IMG/VR virus record: IMGVR_UViG_3300035182_002586
Coordinates: 372,001 to 436,000 of that record
DNA length: 64,000 bases
Strand: one strand, 5' to 3'
Shown here: positions 28,808 through 40,730 of the stretch, piece by piece
Layout: every line of letters starts with the position of its first letter
Numbering within the stretch: position 1 is the first letter of the stretch
Notes under the pieces: generated by a model
What the model saw: only the letters and a program-made list of their open reading frames with translations
Database searches by the model: none
What the model was told of the DNA's origin: nothing
Made by a program: the position numbers and the translations under genes

Positions 28808-29776
28808 TCACCCGGCAGCAATCGACAGGACCGCCAGCTCCACGAGGGTGCGCTTCGAGCGGGCCGGTCCTTTGACGTCCACATCCAATTTACATAGCCG
28901 TCCCATGTGGCGGACGAGCGATCCCAAGTCGTGCTTGCGCACGTTGGGGATGAACTGTGTCTTACACCTCCACGGATTCATCGACAGACGGGCAGCGACG
29001 TCTTCTTCGTTCCCGCCCCTGTCCAAGATCCGCCGTGCAACCGCAACCTTCTCGACGGCCTTGAGCAGAGCCGCCGTGATCGGAACGTTCGCCTCCTCCC
29101 CCATGGTCTTGTAGACGATGGACAGCGTGTTCATCGCCTTGCGGGGGTTCTTCTCAACCACCGCATCGGCAACTTCGTACGGCTCCGCAGAGGGCGACGG
29201 AGACAGGACCAAGCTGAGATGCTTCTTGGTCACCTTGTCACCCTCAGGGACCAAGAGCGCGAGCTTGCGCACCTCGTTCACGATCTTGTGCAGACCGGGC
29301 CCCACGACATCGTAGACGGTTTGCGAGATGCCCACGTCCGTACGGAGACCCACACGACGGAACTCCGCATCGATGAACTTCACGACCTCGTTGTTGCTGT
29401 CGAAGGTCTTGAGCTTCTCGTGCTTCATCAGGCGACCCTTCGCGGCCGCCTTGGACCAAACCTCAGGGAGCTTCTCCGATCGGACGATGGCGAAGAGGAT
29501 CGTCGAGAGGTCGGTGGGGCTCCTCTCCTCGATGTACAGCTTGAGGGCCTTGTCCCCCTTGATCTTGTTCGCCGTGTCGACGATGACGACGCGAGGCTCC
29601 TCACCGTGCTCTTCGCACAGCGTGACCAACTCCTGGTCGGGCATCCCCTCGCCATCAACGAAGATGATCTCCCGGTCCTTCCACTGGCGAGCCTTCTCGA
29701 TGTCCTGATCGAGGAAGTAGTCTTCGCCTCCATAAGAGACGAAAAAAGGCACGTTGTTCTTCTTCGGCGCTGCCAT
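28808..29776 (-). CDS. holA: DNA polymerase III delta subunit-like (clamp loader)
   Basis: YGGEDYFLDQ N-terminus, NEVRKLALL, C-terminal LCKLDVDVKG...LVELAVL; adjacent to holB. Confidence 0.75.
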   Translation of the reverse strand: MAAPKKNNVPFFVSYGGEDYFLDQDIEKARQWKDREIIFVDGEGMPDQELVTLCEEHGEEPRVVIVDTANKIKGDKALKLYIEERSPTDLSTILFAIVRSEKLPEVWSKAAAKGRLMKHEKLKTFDSNNEVVKFIDAEFRRVGLRTDVGISQTVYDVVGPGLHKIVNEVRKLALLVPEGDKVTKKHLSLVLSPSPSAEPYEVADAVVEKNPRKAMNTLSIVYKTMGEEANVPITAALLKAVEKVAVARRILDRGGNEEDVAARLSMNPWRCKTQFIPNVRKHDLGSLVRHMGRLCKLDVDVKGPARSKRTLVELAVLSIAAG

Positions 29777-29783
29777 GTCTCGC

Positions 29784-30746
29784 TCAGTTCCCCGAGAAGG
29801 CTTCGACGAAGAGGGTCTTCATGTGGAAGGCCGCGTTGATCTTGGACGCACGCATGCGATCACGGATCACCCGAGTGCCCGTGAGGAGACGCGGAAGCGC
29901 CTTCACCAGAACGCCTTCGGATGCGAGCGCGTTGATCTTGTCGGCGAGGTCGACGTTCACGATTCGTCCTGGCTCGTGGTGGATCATGAGGAAGTCGTGA
30001 AGGATCAACTCAAGGAAACGAAGCACGAGGGGAATGTCCTGCGTAACCGCGTCGACGGCGGAAAAAAGAGACGACAAGTCCCCGCTGAAACCCTGTTCGA
30101 GCAGCGTCCAAGCTTGATCTCGTGTGCGGAGGCGACCTGCGCCCCAGTACCGTGTGGCGCGGCCGAGTGAACCGTCCGCCATACGTGCGTAGACAAGAGC
30201 TTTAGTGTTGTCGCGCTCGAACTTGGACAGCTCGGCTACGACAACGGATTCAGGTAGACGACTGAAAGGGACCTTACCGCAGCGTGAACGGATGGTCGGG
30301 ATCACCCGTTGCATCTGTTCAGCGAGCAGGAAGAAGCGAGACGTTTCGGGAGGTTCCTCTAGGGTCTTGAGCAGTGCGTTTGCTGCGGCGCTTGTCATCC
30401 GATCCGCACCATCGATCACGAAGAGGCGCAACGGTGCCGTAGTGGGAGAGATACCCGCAGTCTCGATCACCTCTCGCATCGCATCGATGCCGATGTCTTT
30501 CCCATCAGCGGGAGACACGACCTTGAAGTCGAGGTGCACCCCTTCGTCGATCTGGCTGCAATCTAGGCACGTGCACCCTGAGGCACGAGAGCCCGTACAG
30601 AAGATCTCTTTGGCGGTCTGTGTCGCAGCGAAGCGTCGCCCCGTACCATCGTCGCCGATGAACAGAAGCGGACTCACGACCCTCCGATCGATCACACCCC
30701 GCAGGTACAGGAGCGCGCGATCTTGACCTCGTACGTCACCCAGCAC
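29784..30746 (-). CDS. holB: DNA polymerase III delta-prime subunit (clamp loader)
   Basis: LLFIGDDGTGR, Zn cluster, HLDF, ADRMTSAAANALLKTLEEPP, IPTIRSRC. Confidence 0.88.
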   Translation of the reverse strand: MLGDVRGQDRALLYLRGVIDRRVVSPLLFIGDDGTGRRFAATQTAKEIFCTGSRASGCTCLDCSQIDEGVHLDFKVVSPADGKDIGIDAMREVIETAGISPTTAPLRLFVIDGADRMTSAAANALLKTLEEPPETSRFFLLAEQMQRVIPTIRSRCGKVPFSRLPESVVVAELSKFERDNTKALVYARMADGSLGRATRYWGAGRLRTRDQAWTLLEQGFSGDLSSLFSAVDAVTQDIPLVLRFLELILHDFLMIHHEPGRIVNVDLADKINALASEGVLVKALPRLLTGTRVIRDRMRASKINAAFHMKTLFVEAFSGN

Positions 30747-30939
30747 GACCGGGCTCCTCCGCTGCTGGAAGTTGCAGAGGACGGAGAGGTTCGACGGGGA
30801 CGAGCTGCATCACCGCCACGAAATTCTGCCCACAGGCAGAGCAAACGTAGCGGTACGGCTCTTGGCCACTCGCTTCGAGGGGATGCTTGCAGTGGAGGCA
30901 GCGCATGTGCGCCTCCGGTCTCGGCAGGTTGTCGGGCAT
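30736..30939 (-). CDS. Small zinc-ribbon protein
   Basis: CLHC...CSAC. Confidence 0.5.
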   Translation of the reverse strand: MPDNLPRPEAHMRCLHCKHPLEASGQEPYRYVCSACGQNFVAVMQLVPVEPLRPLQLPAAEEPGRAG

Positions 30940-30942
30940 GGG

Positions 30943-31767
30943 TCAGTTCCCTTGGGGCGGGATCAATCCGTATTCCGACGCGCACCGGTACACCAGGTCG
31001 TAGGGCGTTTCCTTCTGGAGTTCCCCGCTCTTTGCCCGAGCCACGATGTCGAGAAGACGCTGCCTTGTGGCAGCCGGCGCCCAGCTCATGAAGTAGTAGT
31101 TGGAGCCGGTGAAGTTGGAGAGGATCCCGTCGACGTAGGTGTCCGGCACGGATCCGTAGTGCCACTGCCGAAGGGCGAGCTGGACGGAGTAGCCACGCAG
31201 CTCCCAGTGCACCCGGCCCGGGGAGGGCCACGGCAGGAACAGTACGATGGCGGCGAGCAGAAGCAGCGACCACCACCCTGTGATCAGCACGGCCCCCGTC
31301 CCCACCGCGAGCGCGGTAGTACCAAGCAGCACCCAGAACGCGCTCATCGAGGTGCGTGCAACCGTGAGGCTCATCACGAACCCGAAGAGGAAGGCCGCCA
31401 GGAGCACAGACGCTCGCCATCCACCGAAGACCCCGTAGAGAACGAGGGGGATGAGTGCGAGCACCTGAGGGAAGATGGTCCCGAGCGTGTACGTCCAGTA
31501 GCTCTTCTTGGAGTCCGTCAGGTGCACGTACTCATGGGCGAGGATAGAGAAGCTCGACGCCGGCTGCGCCTCGTAGAACTCCCTGCTCGGGAACCACACC
31601 TTCGGCGCGAGCGTCGTCGTGTAGGACTCCATGAACGTGCGGTTGAATGGGTACGCGAAGAACCCCAAGACCTTCATCAGGGGTGACTCGTTCTTGAAGC
31701 GGATCTGGAACCCCGGGATGGCGGCCCCAACCTCACGCTCGAATGCCTGGAGCTTCGCGACGTCCAT
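30943..31767 (-). CDS. Membrane protein with HExxH metallopeptidase motif
   Basis: ILAHEYVH, several transmembrane segments, downstream WELRGY. Confidence 0.65.
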   Translation of the reverse strand: MDVAKLQAFEREVGAAIPGFQIRFKNESPLMKVLGFFAYPFNRTFMESYTTTLAPKVWFPSREFYEAQPASSFSILAHEYVHLTDSKKSYWTYTLGTIFPQVLALIPLVLYGVFGGWRASVLLAAFLFGFVMSLTVARTSMSAFWVLLGTTALAVGTGAVLITGWWSLLLLAAIVLFLPWPSPGRVHWELRGYSVQLALRQWHYGSVPDTYVDGILSNFTGSNYYFMSWAPAATRQRLLDIVARAKSGELQKETPYDLVYRCASEYGLIPPQGN

Positions 31768-31773
31768 GTCTGG

Positions 31774-32022
31774 TCACCCGATCGTGAAACTGCCACCCAT
31801 CTGAACGTTGTGCGTGTGCCCGCACTTCACGCACCGGTACATGCGGAACCCCGCGTTGCCCGGCACCTGCATCTCGTAGGCTTCGATCGAGTCACAGGAC
31901 CAGACCACGCGACCCTCGCTGTCCGTGCGGCTCTGCTTGCAGCGCATGAAGCTCTTGGGGAGGTCGGCGGCACCAGGGGGGAGGCCAGGGGTCGTCCCGG
32001 CAGGATCGATCGGCATCTGCAT
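31774..32022 (-). CDS. Small zinc-ribbon protein
   Basis: C...C...YRCVKCGH. Confidence 0.55.
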   Translation of the reverse strand: MQMPIDPAGTTPGLPPGAADLPKSFMRCKQSRTDSEGRVVWSCDSIEAYEMQVPGNAGFRMYRCVKCGHTHNVQMGGSFTIG

Positions 32023-32028
32023 TTTCTC

Positions 32029-32349
32029 CTAGAGAGGGGAGGTGGGGAAGTCGTCGGTGAAGATGGTCTGGAGGGTCAAGAGCACGCGCCCGTAGAACTC
32101 CGGGTTGGCCTGTGGGGCCGGCGTGTCATCTGTCGTGTTGCGAGGCTTGATCACAGCGCTGTTCTGAGGGGCGAAGGTGCCGTCCACGAGGTGGGGGATG
32201 ATCTTCAACCAGTCCTCTTGGCGGACGAGGATGTCGACTCCCGGGCCCTCAAGGTAGACCGCTTCGATCTGCGCCTGGTACACCCGAGAGACACGCACGC
32301 GTCCGCGATAGTAGTCGACGATCGCACCCGCCAACGCAGGCAGGTCCAT
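32029..32349 (-). CDS. Hypothetical protein
   Basis: Likely start MDLPALAG. Confidence 0.5.
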   Translation of the reverse strand: MDLPALAGAIVDYYRGRVRVSRVYQAQIEAVYLEGPGVDILVRQEDWLKIIPHLVDGTFAPQNSAVIKPRNTTDDTPAPQANPEFYGRVLLTLQTIFTDDFPTSPL

Positions 32350-32454
32350 GCGACGAAGAAACACAGGACGGTGCCCCCGGATTGTCAGCAGTCGTGCATC
32401 CACGAAAGGGGGCGGGCACAAGAAGACCCACCACCCACCCGGGACGCTACAAGG

Positions 32455-32793
32455 TCACTGGCAGACCTTATTCCGTGCAGCCTCGATCTCGTCGCAGGAC
32501 TTGACGAGAAGCAGGCATTTCGGGTTCAGCACGACGCCATTGTTCTGCTGGAGCGCGCAGAACTCCTCGCAGCTTTCGTTCGGGACGCCCTTGGGGCCCG
32601 GCTTGTCTGAGTCGTAGACCGGCTGCCCTTCCTCGCAGTTCAACCCCTCGGGCCCGATGTGCTTGCACACGGCGCCACAGAGTTCCGTGTCCGGTGCCGG
32701 ACGGGGCTTCGGTGGGGCGGGGTCTCGACTCGGGGGGCACGCACACACAAGCGTGGCGACGGCGGCAGCGAACAGCAGGGGCTTGAGGTTCAT
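32455..32793 (-). CDS. Cys-rich putative lipoprotein
   Basis: Signal peptide with lipobox-like LVCAC; Pro-rich linker; multiple Cys. Confidence 0.65.
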   Translation of the reverse strand: MNLKPLLFAAAVATLVCACPPSRDPAPPKPRPAPDTELCGAVCKHIGPEGLNCEEGQPVYDSDKPGPKGVPNESCEEFCALQQNNGVVLNPKCLLLVKSCDEIEAARNKVCQ

Positions 32794-32848
32794 GGCTTCG
32801 TCCTTCCCCTAGGGCCCGCGACGAATCGTTTATTGGGCGTGCTGAGGC

Positions 32849-33652
32849 ATGGCGAACGTCTACGGGTACAGGCGAGATCCTGCGGAAAAGGTGGCTCAGG
32901 CACTCAAGTTCGCAACGGACTTGAAGCCGAAACTCGTCACGGTTTCGACCGGTGACGTGGACCTGCGTGGTTTCTGCACGGACACCAACCAGCTCCAGCT
33001 CTCCGCTTGCGCCGGCAACGCCACCGCAGACTCGATCGAGATCCTCGGAGCCATCGAAGAGGACACCCTCGCGAAGTCCGAAGGCCGAGAGCCGCAACCG
33101 CAGATTCAAGTCGCCCGGCTCTACATCTACTCGATGGCCCGAGACGAGCACGACGAGATCGACAAGGACGAAGGGACCTACATCTCAACGTGCTTCGACG
33201 TGCTCTCACGCTTCGGGGTCTGCGACGAGACCGTGTGGCCCTACGACGAGTCGAAGGTCTATGTCCGCCCCTCGATCAAGGCCCTCCGCCAGGCGACCGG
33301 GCACAAGATCCACAGCTACTACCGCATCGAGGGGACCGGTGACGACCGCATCGACGAAGTGATCTCGGCCCTCCGTGCGGACCACCCCGTCGTCTTCGGC
33401 ACGGACATCAACGAGAAGGTCTTCAACGAGTACGACGGGAGCTACGTGCTCACGCCGCCGGCTCACTCGGACGGTGGCCACGCGATGATCATCGTCGGCT
33501 GGCTGTCCAAGATCAACGCCTTCATCGTGAAGAACTCTTGGGGCGGCCGCTGGGGCGACAAGGGCTTCGCGTACTTCTCCACCGACTACATCAAGTGGGC
33601 AAGGACGACGGACCTGTGGGTCCCCACGAAGGGCACGAACCTCGCCTTCTAG
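32849..33652 (+). CDS. Papain-family (C1) cysteine peptidase
   Basis: QLQLSACAGNA (Gln/Cys), GGHAMIIVGW (His), KNSWG..WGDKG (Asn). Confidence 0.92.
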   Translation: MANVYGYRRDPAEKVAQALKFATDLKPKLVTVSTGDVDLRGFCTDTNQLQLSACAGNATADSIEILGAIEEDTLAKSEGREPQPQIQVARLYIYSMARDEHDEIDKDEGTYISTCFDVLSRFGVCDETVWPYDESKVYVRPSIKALRQATGHKIHSYYRIEGTGDDRIDEVISALRADHPVVFGTDINEKVFNEYDGSYVLTPPAHSDGGHAMIIVGWLSKINAFIVKNSWGGRWGDKGFAYFSTDYIKWARTTDLWVPTKGTNLAF

Positions 33653-33845
33653 CCGACCTTGCGACGCAGGATCTCGTCGAGGGATGACGGACGCTCCGCG
33701 AACGCGGCGTACTCCTCCCACGTGAGGCCGAGATAGGCGTGTAGTGGCCCCGAGTTGTTCGGGGCCACGTGCCACGCGTCGATCCAGTCGTCGATGTCCG
33801 CGAGAACAGCGTCTCCGCTCCTCACAGCTTCGACGAACGTGGGCA

Positions 33846-33846
<1 letters not shown>
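33649..33846 (-). CDS. Small conserved hypothetical protein
   Basis: MPTFVE...IDDWIDAWH...LHAYLGLTWEEY; coupled to the groEL stop. Confidence 0.6.
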
Positions 33847-35927
<2,081 letters not shown>

Positions 35928-35931
<4 letters not shown>

Positions 35932-36992
35932 TGGAAGCTCCCTACGTGGTCCACCGCAGCTTGGTAGGTGCTCTCGGACTCGACGAGGCCAAGGAACCGG
36001 TGGCCCACACAGCGGGCGGCAGCACACGCGTCACCGAGCCCGCAGTAAGGGTCCAGCATCAAACCCCCCGGCGGGCAGATCATCTGCACGAGGTAGCTGA
36101 GCAGCTCGACCGGGATGGCCCCCGCAGTCTGCGTGGCGAAGGTGCGAAAGAACCGCGAGGCCCCGCCGGCATCCCCGTGTTGATTCGAGGGGCCCGAACG
36201 ACCTCGCAGGAAGGGCGTGTTTGACACCCCCTCGTAGGCTTCGACCTCACGACGCATGGCCCCCGATCTAGTAACGCCGCTCAGGCTGTCGAGGGCTGAG
36301 ATCGGGCAGTCCTCGACACAGGACCAGGACGCCACCTCTTCCATCCCGTCGGCGTCCCCGGTCTGAACCGTGTGGTACTCATGGCCGGCACCACCTCCGA
36401 ACGGCTTCATCCCGTCGGAGAAGCGGTTGATCACGGGAGCCGGCACCCGGCGGGAGCCGATCTTCTGACACGCAGGAGCGTGAGCGAAGACGGCATTCGC
36501 CGGCCACCGGCCCGCTTGCGTCACATCGTTCGCCCCGGCCAAGTCGGACGAGTTCTTCCAAGAGTTCCCGAGGGAACCCCCGCGCGCCTTGAGGGCCTCG
36601 ACCCCCGCCTTGTGCTTCTCGAAGTCGGCGGCCGAAGAGTGGCGCACCCGTGTCCCGTCGATGTTGATGGCCCCCGTCCCGGTAGCGAGCGTCTGTGCAG
36701 CCACCGTGGAAGCTCGAAGCGGGCGACGTACGAGGTACGCCACTTCGTTGACGACCCTCGCACCATGGGTGATGAAGAGGGAGTCACGCATCTCGAACCC
36801 AACACGGCGAAGGGTGACCCCCACCTGCCACGTGCCGAACACGATCGCGTGCGCACCGGGACGGAGAACCCTGGCGATCTCCGTCCAGTCTTCGACCGCC
36901 GCACTCCCCGTATACGTGAGCACAGCGGAAGCCGCTCCCTCCGGAATCTGGCGGAGCGTTGCGAGACGGTCCCCGAGAACGATCCCTTCCAT
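35928..36992 (-). CDS. Beta-class N4/N6 DNA methyltransferase homologue with degenerate catalytic motifs
   Basis: RVLRPG, GRWPAN, GGASRFF and PPGGLMLDPYCGLG match the family, but DPPY is absent. Confidence 0.7.
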
Positions 36993-37412
36993 CTAGGCGA
37001 GCTTGCCCCCGTGAAGCAGGGGGCGTCCAGTGTTGAACGCGTGCTTCACGGCGACCGCCTTGGCCACGTCCACACCGTGCGCCTGTGCCTTGTCGAGGGC
37101 GCGGATGATCTCGTCCGCGATCTCCTCCTCCGCGTTGGTGAGCGGGGGGAGGCCCATCGCCTGCATCTTCTCGGCCTTGTCGCACAGCTTGTCGAGGGTC
37201 CCCTTACGGAACGCCTCCCAGAACTCTGACGCCTCGCCGTGCTGGTTGGACGTGTACGTAGCGGCCCGAACGAGCTGCCCGAGCGGGCCGTTCCACTGCT
37301 CGTCGGTCATGTCCTTCCGCATCTGGTCTCGGAAGCCCTTGTTCACGGCGTTCGCGGCCACAGCGTCACGGATGGTGTTGAGAAACGCAAGCTGGTCGGG
37401 GGTGATGTCCAT
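36993..37412 (-). CDS. MazG-like NTP pyrophosphohydrolase
   Basis: HGEASEFWEAFRKG...EEEIADEIIRALD...KHAFN..R...HGGK. Confidence 0.8.
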   Translation of the reverse strand: MDITPDQLAFLNTIRDAVAANAVNKGFRDQMRKDMTDEQWNGPLGQLVRAATYTSNQHGEASEFWEAFRKGTLDKLCDKAEKMQAMGLPPLTNAEEEIADEIIRALDKAQAHGVDVAKAVAVKHAFNTGRPLLHGGKLA

Positions 37413-37433
37413 GCGCGCGCCGGTACACCGAGT

Positions 37434-37832
37434 TCAGCGTCGCCGTGTCCCTAGAAAGTCCCGAAGCGTGTGAGCGTTCGCGGCATCTTCAAGGCGCCCG
37501 GTCAGAGACAACATCCGTAGGGTCGACGAGAGCGAAGCCACCCGAATCCCGCTTCGGACTTCGACGTCACGGAGCACTTCTTCGGTGAGCCCCGGCGCAA
37601 GATGTTCGAGGGTAGGAGTAGCCTCGAACACGAACCCACCGAAGTCACCAACCTCTTTCTCCGCGTCCAGCCCTGGGACTAGGAGCACAACGTCTCGGAA
37701 GTCCTCTCGAATTCCGTGCAGCCACAAGGCTGCGCCGGTGAGCACAACGTACCCACCCTCCGCGAGGCCCCGCCCCAGCAAGAACGTCTGGAGGGCGTAC
37801 TGGAGGCGGTTGGCGACGAATCGAGCGATCAC
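37434..37832 (-). CDS. Hypothetical protein (nucleotidyltransferase-like fragment)
   Basis: VLTGAALWLHGIRE.FRDV resembles the minimal NTase N-terminus. Confidence 0.4.
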   Translation of the reverse strand: MIARFVANRLQYALQTFLLGRGLAEGGYVVLTGAALWLHGIREDFRDVVLLVPGLDAEKEVGDFGGFVFEATPTLEHLAPGLTEEVLRDVEVRSGIRVASLSSTLRMLSLTGRLEDAANAHTLRDFLGTRRR

Positions 37833-38347
37833 GTCACCGCGAGAACGACCGGACGAGGCGACGACTGCTCACCCCGCTCGACCACGTGGACGGAGCCCTC
37901 CGGAATGGCCGAAGACACGATGATGGCAGCGCCTTCGACGTGTCCCACGACACCCTGACGTAGGCGGTCCGGATCCGACTCACGATCGAACCGTGCATGG
38001 CCGTGGAGCTTCTCGACGTCGAGCTTGTTCATGAAGATCGCTTCGACCACCCCACCACGCGAACGAACCGGGTCGAGCACGCGGTCGAGTAGGTGGCTGA
38101 TCATCACCTCGCTCTTGAGGATCGAGCCCTCCAGAGCCACCGCCGAGTTCGCCATCATGACGGCCTTGCGCACGTGGCGGATGGCATCGTCTTGGTCTGG
38201 CCCCGGCGGAACGTTTTCCAGAAGGGTCTCCGCAAACACCACCGCGGCCGCTCGGATGGCCTCGTACTTGGGGAGGTGATGGCCCTTCTGTCGGTGAAGC
38301 GCAAACAGATGGTCCAGGTCGTAGGGACGCGGCGTCGGTCGGGGCAT
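37829..38347 (-). CDS. Acb2/Tad1-like helical-hairpin protein with C-terminal extension
   Basis: LDHLFALH...KYEAIRAAA..FAE......P..PDQ..AIRHVRKAVMMANSAVAL resembles the Acb2/Tad1 hairpin family. Confidence 0.6.
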   Translation of the reverse strand: MPRPTPRPYDLDHLFALHRQKGHHLPKYEAIRAAAVVFAETLLENVPPGPDQDDAIRHVRKAVMMANSAVALEGSILKSEVMISHLLDRVLDPVRSRGGVVEAIFMNKLDVEKLHGHARFDRESDPDRLRQGVVGHVEGAAIIVSSAIPEGSVHVVERGEQSSPRPVVLAVT

Positions 38348-38386
38348 CGCGGGCTATCTCCTGATGAGGCACGCGATACCAATGGA

Positions 38387-38725
38387 TTAGAAGGCCAACC
38401 CTAGGGACAAGACTACCCGACGACCCCGTACAGTAGAGACAGAGTGGGGTGAAATGTCCGGGCGAAACAGCGTGAACCGACGCCCAACACGCAGAATCGC
38501 GAGGCCCTCGAAGTCCCCGCCCTCTTTCGGGCCCCAAAGGACGAGGTTCGCACGATAGTGTCTGCGGCCCGGAACCTCATCCACATGCGTTGGGATGTAG
38601 GTATCCTCCGGGTAGTCGATCACCCACGAATCCCAACCGAGGCTCCCAAGCGTTCCTTGTGCGAGGAGACGCTTCCGGTACCCGGTGCCCTGTCGCCCTG
38701 CCTCCCACGACCCCCAGAAGCGCAT
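38387..38725 (-). CDS. 2OG-Fe(II) oxygenase-like protein
   Basis: IPTHVD (HxD)...GGDF...FRPDISPHSV...RVVLS. Confidence 0.7.
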   Translation of the reverse strand: MRFWGSWEAGRQGTGYRKRLLAQGTLGSLGWDSWVIDYPEDTYIPTHVDEVPGRRHYRANLVLWGPKEGGDFEGLAILRVGRRFTLFRPDISPHSVSTVRGRRVVLSLGLAF

Positions 38726-38776
38726 CGTACCGAGTTTTACACCGGCGGGTTCTGGTGTAGAGATGTAGTAGAAAAC

Positions 38777-39412
38777 ATGACCAAGACCAAAGAAGAGAAG
38801 CTGGCCCGGCGCTGGATGCCCGGCATTCGACAGCGGGCGAAGGGCGACACGAGCCCGGCCCGACCTGCATGGAAGCATCCGGAGGACCTCGCGAAGCTCC
38901 TCCACGACCTGATCGGCCCGACCCCCGACCCCGGCCCGGAAGGCCCCGGTGGGCTCCCCGTGAGCGAACGCGAACAGCACGAGTACACACGCTACCGGGA
39001 CCAGCTCGTCGCGACCGCCTGGCTCCACGACATCATCGAGGACGGGCGGAAGCTCGACGGCACGGAGGTCACCGAAGAGGACCTCCGAGCGGAAGGCGTC
39101 GAGGAGATCGTCATCGAGGACGTCGTGGCCCTCACGCAGCGGGAGGGGGAAGACAAACCCGTCTACCTGGCCCGCCTCGAAGCCGCATCGTCGCGGGCGA
39201 AGCTCGTGAAGATCGTCGACCGCATCTGCAACCTCCGCGAGGGGAAGACAACCTTCAAGGACGCCCGGTGGGCCCGCTACCTCGACGAGACGCAGAAGTA
39301 CATCGTCCCGCTCCTCGGAGGCGTCACCCACTCGTACATCCGCCTCGTACTCCGGGACTTGCTGCACACGGCTGCCGGCGCGCGCCCGGCAGTCCCTCCG
39401 GCCTCCTCGTGA
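38777..39412 (+). CDS. HD-domain hydrolase, SpoT/Mesh1-like (small alarmone hydrolase-like)
   Basis: HP..., AWLHDIIED, VVALT, VKIVDRICNL. Confidence 0.8.
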   Translation: MTKTKEEKLARRWMPGIRQRAKGDTSPARPAWKHPEDLAKLLHDLIGPTPDPGPEGPGGLPVSEREQHEYTRYRDQLVATAWLHDIIEDGRKLDGTEVTEEDLRAEGVEEIVIEDVVALTQREGEDKPVYLARLEAASSRAKLVKIVDRICNLREGKTTFKDARWARYLDETQKYIVPLLGGVTHSYIRLVLRDLLHTAAGARPAVPPASS

Positions 39413-39723
39413 AGGTCATCCGCGTCGACTTCAAGAAGAGGGTCCGGGTCAAGACCCCCCAGAAGCTCTCCTCGGAGGAGTACGCTCAGCGCGACTTCCC
39501 GTTGAAGTGCAGCACATGTCGCCACTGGATGCGCATGCGCCCGAAGGACGGGCGGTGCGTTCAGAGGCGACCCTCCCCGCATGCAAGCCAGTGCGTCCAC
39601 TGCAAGGTGAAGCACCCCTGCCGCACCGAACGGGAGCAGCGGTGTGACCAGTGCCGCAACCTCGTGAAGGATCCGAGTACGGCCATCTGGCATGAGCTGC
39701 ACGACGTGAAGGCGAACTCCTAG
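39409..39723 (+). CDS. Cys-rich hypothetical protein
   Basis: GTGA-coupled; three CxxC pairs. Confidence 0.5.
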   Translation: MKVIRVDFKKRVRVKTPQKLSSEEYAQRDFPLKCSTCRHWMRMRPKDGRCVQRRPSPHASQCVHCKVKHPCRTEREQRCDQCRNLVKDPSTAIWHELHDVKANS

Positions 39724-39992
39724 AGATCGGTGTCCACGCCGCGCGCTAGGCGCACCCACACCGACGGCCCCTTGCGAACCACTCGCGGGGGCTTGGGGTG
39801 GTAGTAGCCCCACCCACCTCTCGGGCCTACCCCCGACTGGCGCTGGAGCGTGCCCTGGTGCACGAGCTTCACGAGCAGGGAGGAGAGGGAGGCTGCATGG
39901 CGCCTAAGCGCGTGGGAAAGCTCCGTCGCGCTCATGCCCGGGTGGGCCCGGACGTACTCCACAACCTCGTTGACCGTCCCCGGCTCAGCCAC
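39720..39992 (-). CDS. Winged-helix DNA-binding protein
   Basis: YVRAHPGMSATELS.AL...LSSLL.KLV..G.L. Confidence 0.6.
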   Translation of the reverse strand: MAEPGTVNEVVEYVRAHPGMSATELSHALRRHAASLSSLLVKLVHQGTLQRQSGVGPRGGWGYYHPKPPRVVRKGPSVWVRLARGVDTDL

Positions 39993-40569
39993 AGTCGATT
40001 CCGACGAGGGCGAACAGGGCGCGGTTGTACTCGCGGTACGAGCAGTTCGGCGTCACGATCGCACTTGGCGGAACCCATGCAGCCCGACCTTCTCCCTGGA
40101 CCTGGCGCACCGGGCCCTCCCACCGGAGGACCTTGAAGCACGCCACGGGCAGGGTCGGCGTGGACTCGCCGGGCCGGTAGTCGAGGCGCCGGAAGATGAA
40201 CTCGGCCTCGTGGATGGCCACCCCAGTCTCTTCCCTCGTCTCTCGAATGGCTGCGTCGAGGGGGGACTCACCAGGCTCGTTCTTGCCTCCGGGGAGGCCG
40301 AGGTCGGTCAGGTCAGTCTTCCGGGAGGTCGACAGCACGTACCCGTCCGAGTCACGGACGAACAAGGAGACGGCTGCGAAGCGCTCCCCCATGTACACGA
40401 CCGGACGCTCGCTCCCAGGACACCGCTGGCTGCTGGTCGCCCCGTGGTGTGGCTCGATCATGTGCGCGCCCGTCTTCGGGTCGGGCTTGAGCCTCATGTC
40501 GAAACCACAGTCCACGCAGGTGGTCGTGGTGATCATCGCGGGTTCGTAGATCCACAGGGGGCTGCGCAT
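39985..40569 (-). CDS. Nudix hydrolase
   Basis: Nudix box GGKNEPGESPLDAAIRETREETG. Confidence 0.9.
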   Translation of the reverse strand: MRSPLWIYEPAMITTTTCVDCGFDMRLKPDPKTGAHMIEPHHGATSSQRCPGSERPVVYMGERFAAVSLFVRDSDGYVLSTSRKTDLTDLGLPGGKNEPGESPLDAAIRETREETGVAIHEAEFIFRRLDYRPGESTPTLPVACFKVLRWEGPVRQVQGEGRAAWVPPSAIVTPNCSYREYNRALFALVGIDCG

Positions 40570-40578
40570 GGTCTTTCT

Positions 40579-40707
40579 CTACTTGCGAGCGGTCGTACGT
40601 GCGAGGAGGAGGAAGTAGAGGTCGTACAGTACGACGGTGAGGAGGATCGCGCTAACCGTCAGGGGCAGCAGCCAATCCGGGTAACCGGGATCGAGGTCGG
40701 GAGCCAC
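40579..40707 (-). CDS. Small single-TM protein (42 aa)
   Basis: GTG start 12 nt after TGGTGTA; hydrophobic WLLPLTVSAILLTVVLYDLYFLLL. Confidence 0.4.
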   Translation of the reverse strand: MAPDLDPGYPDWLLPLTVSAILLTVVLYDLYFLLLARTTARK

Positions 40708-40730
40708 GCGTCTATCAGGTACACCAGACC

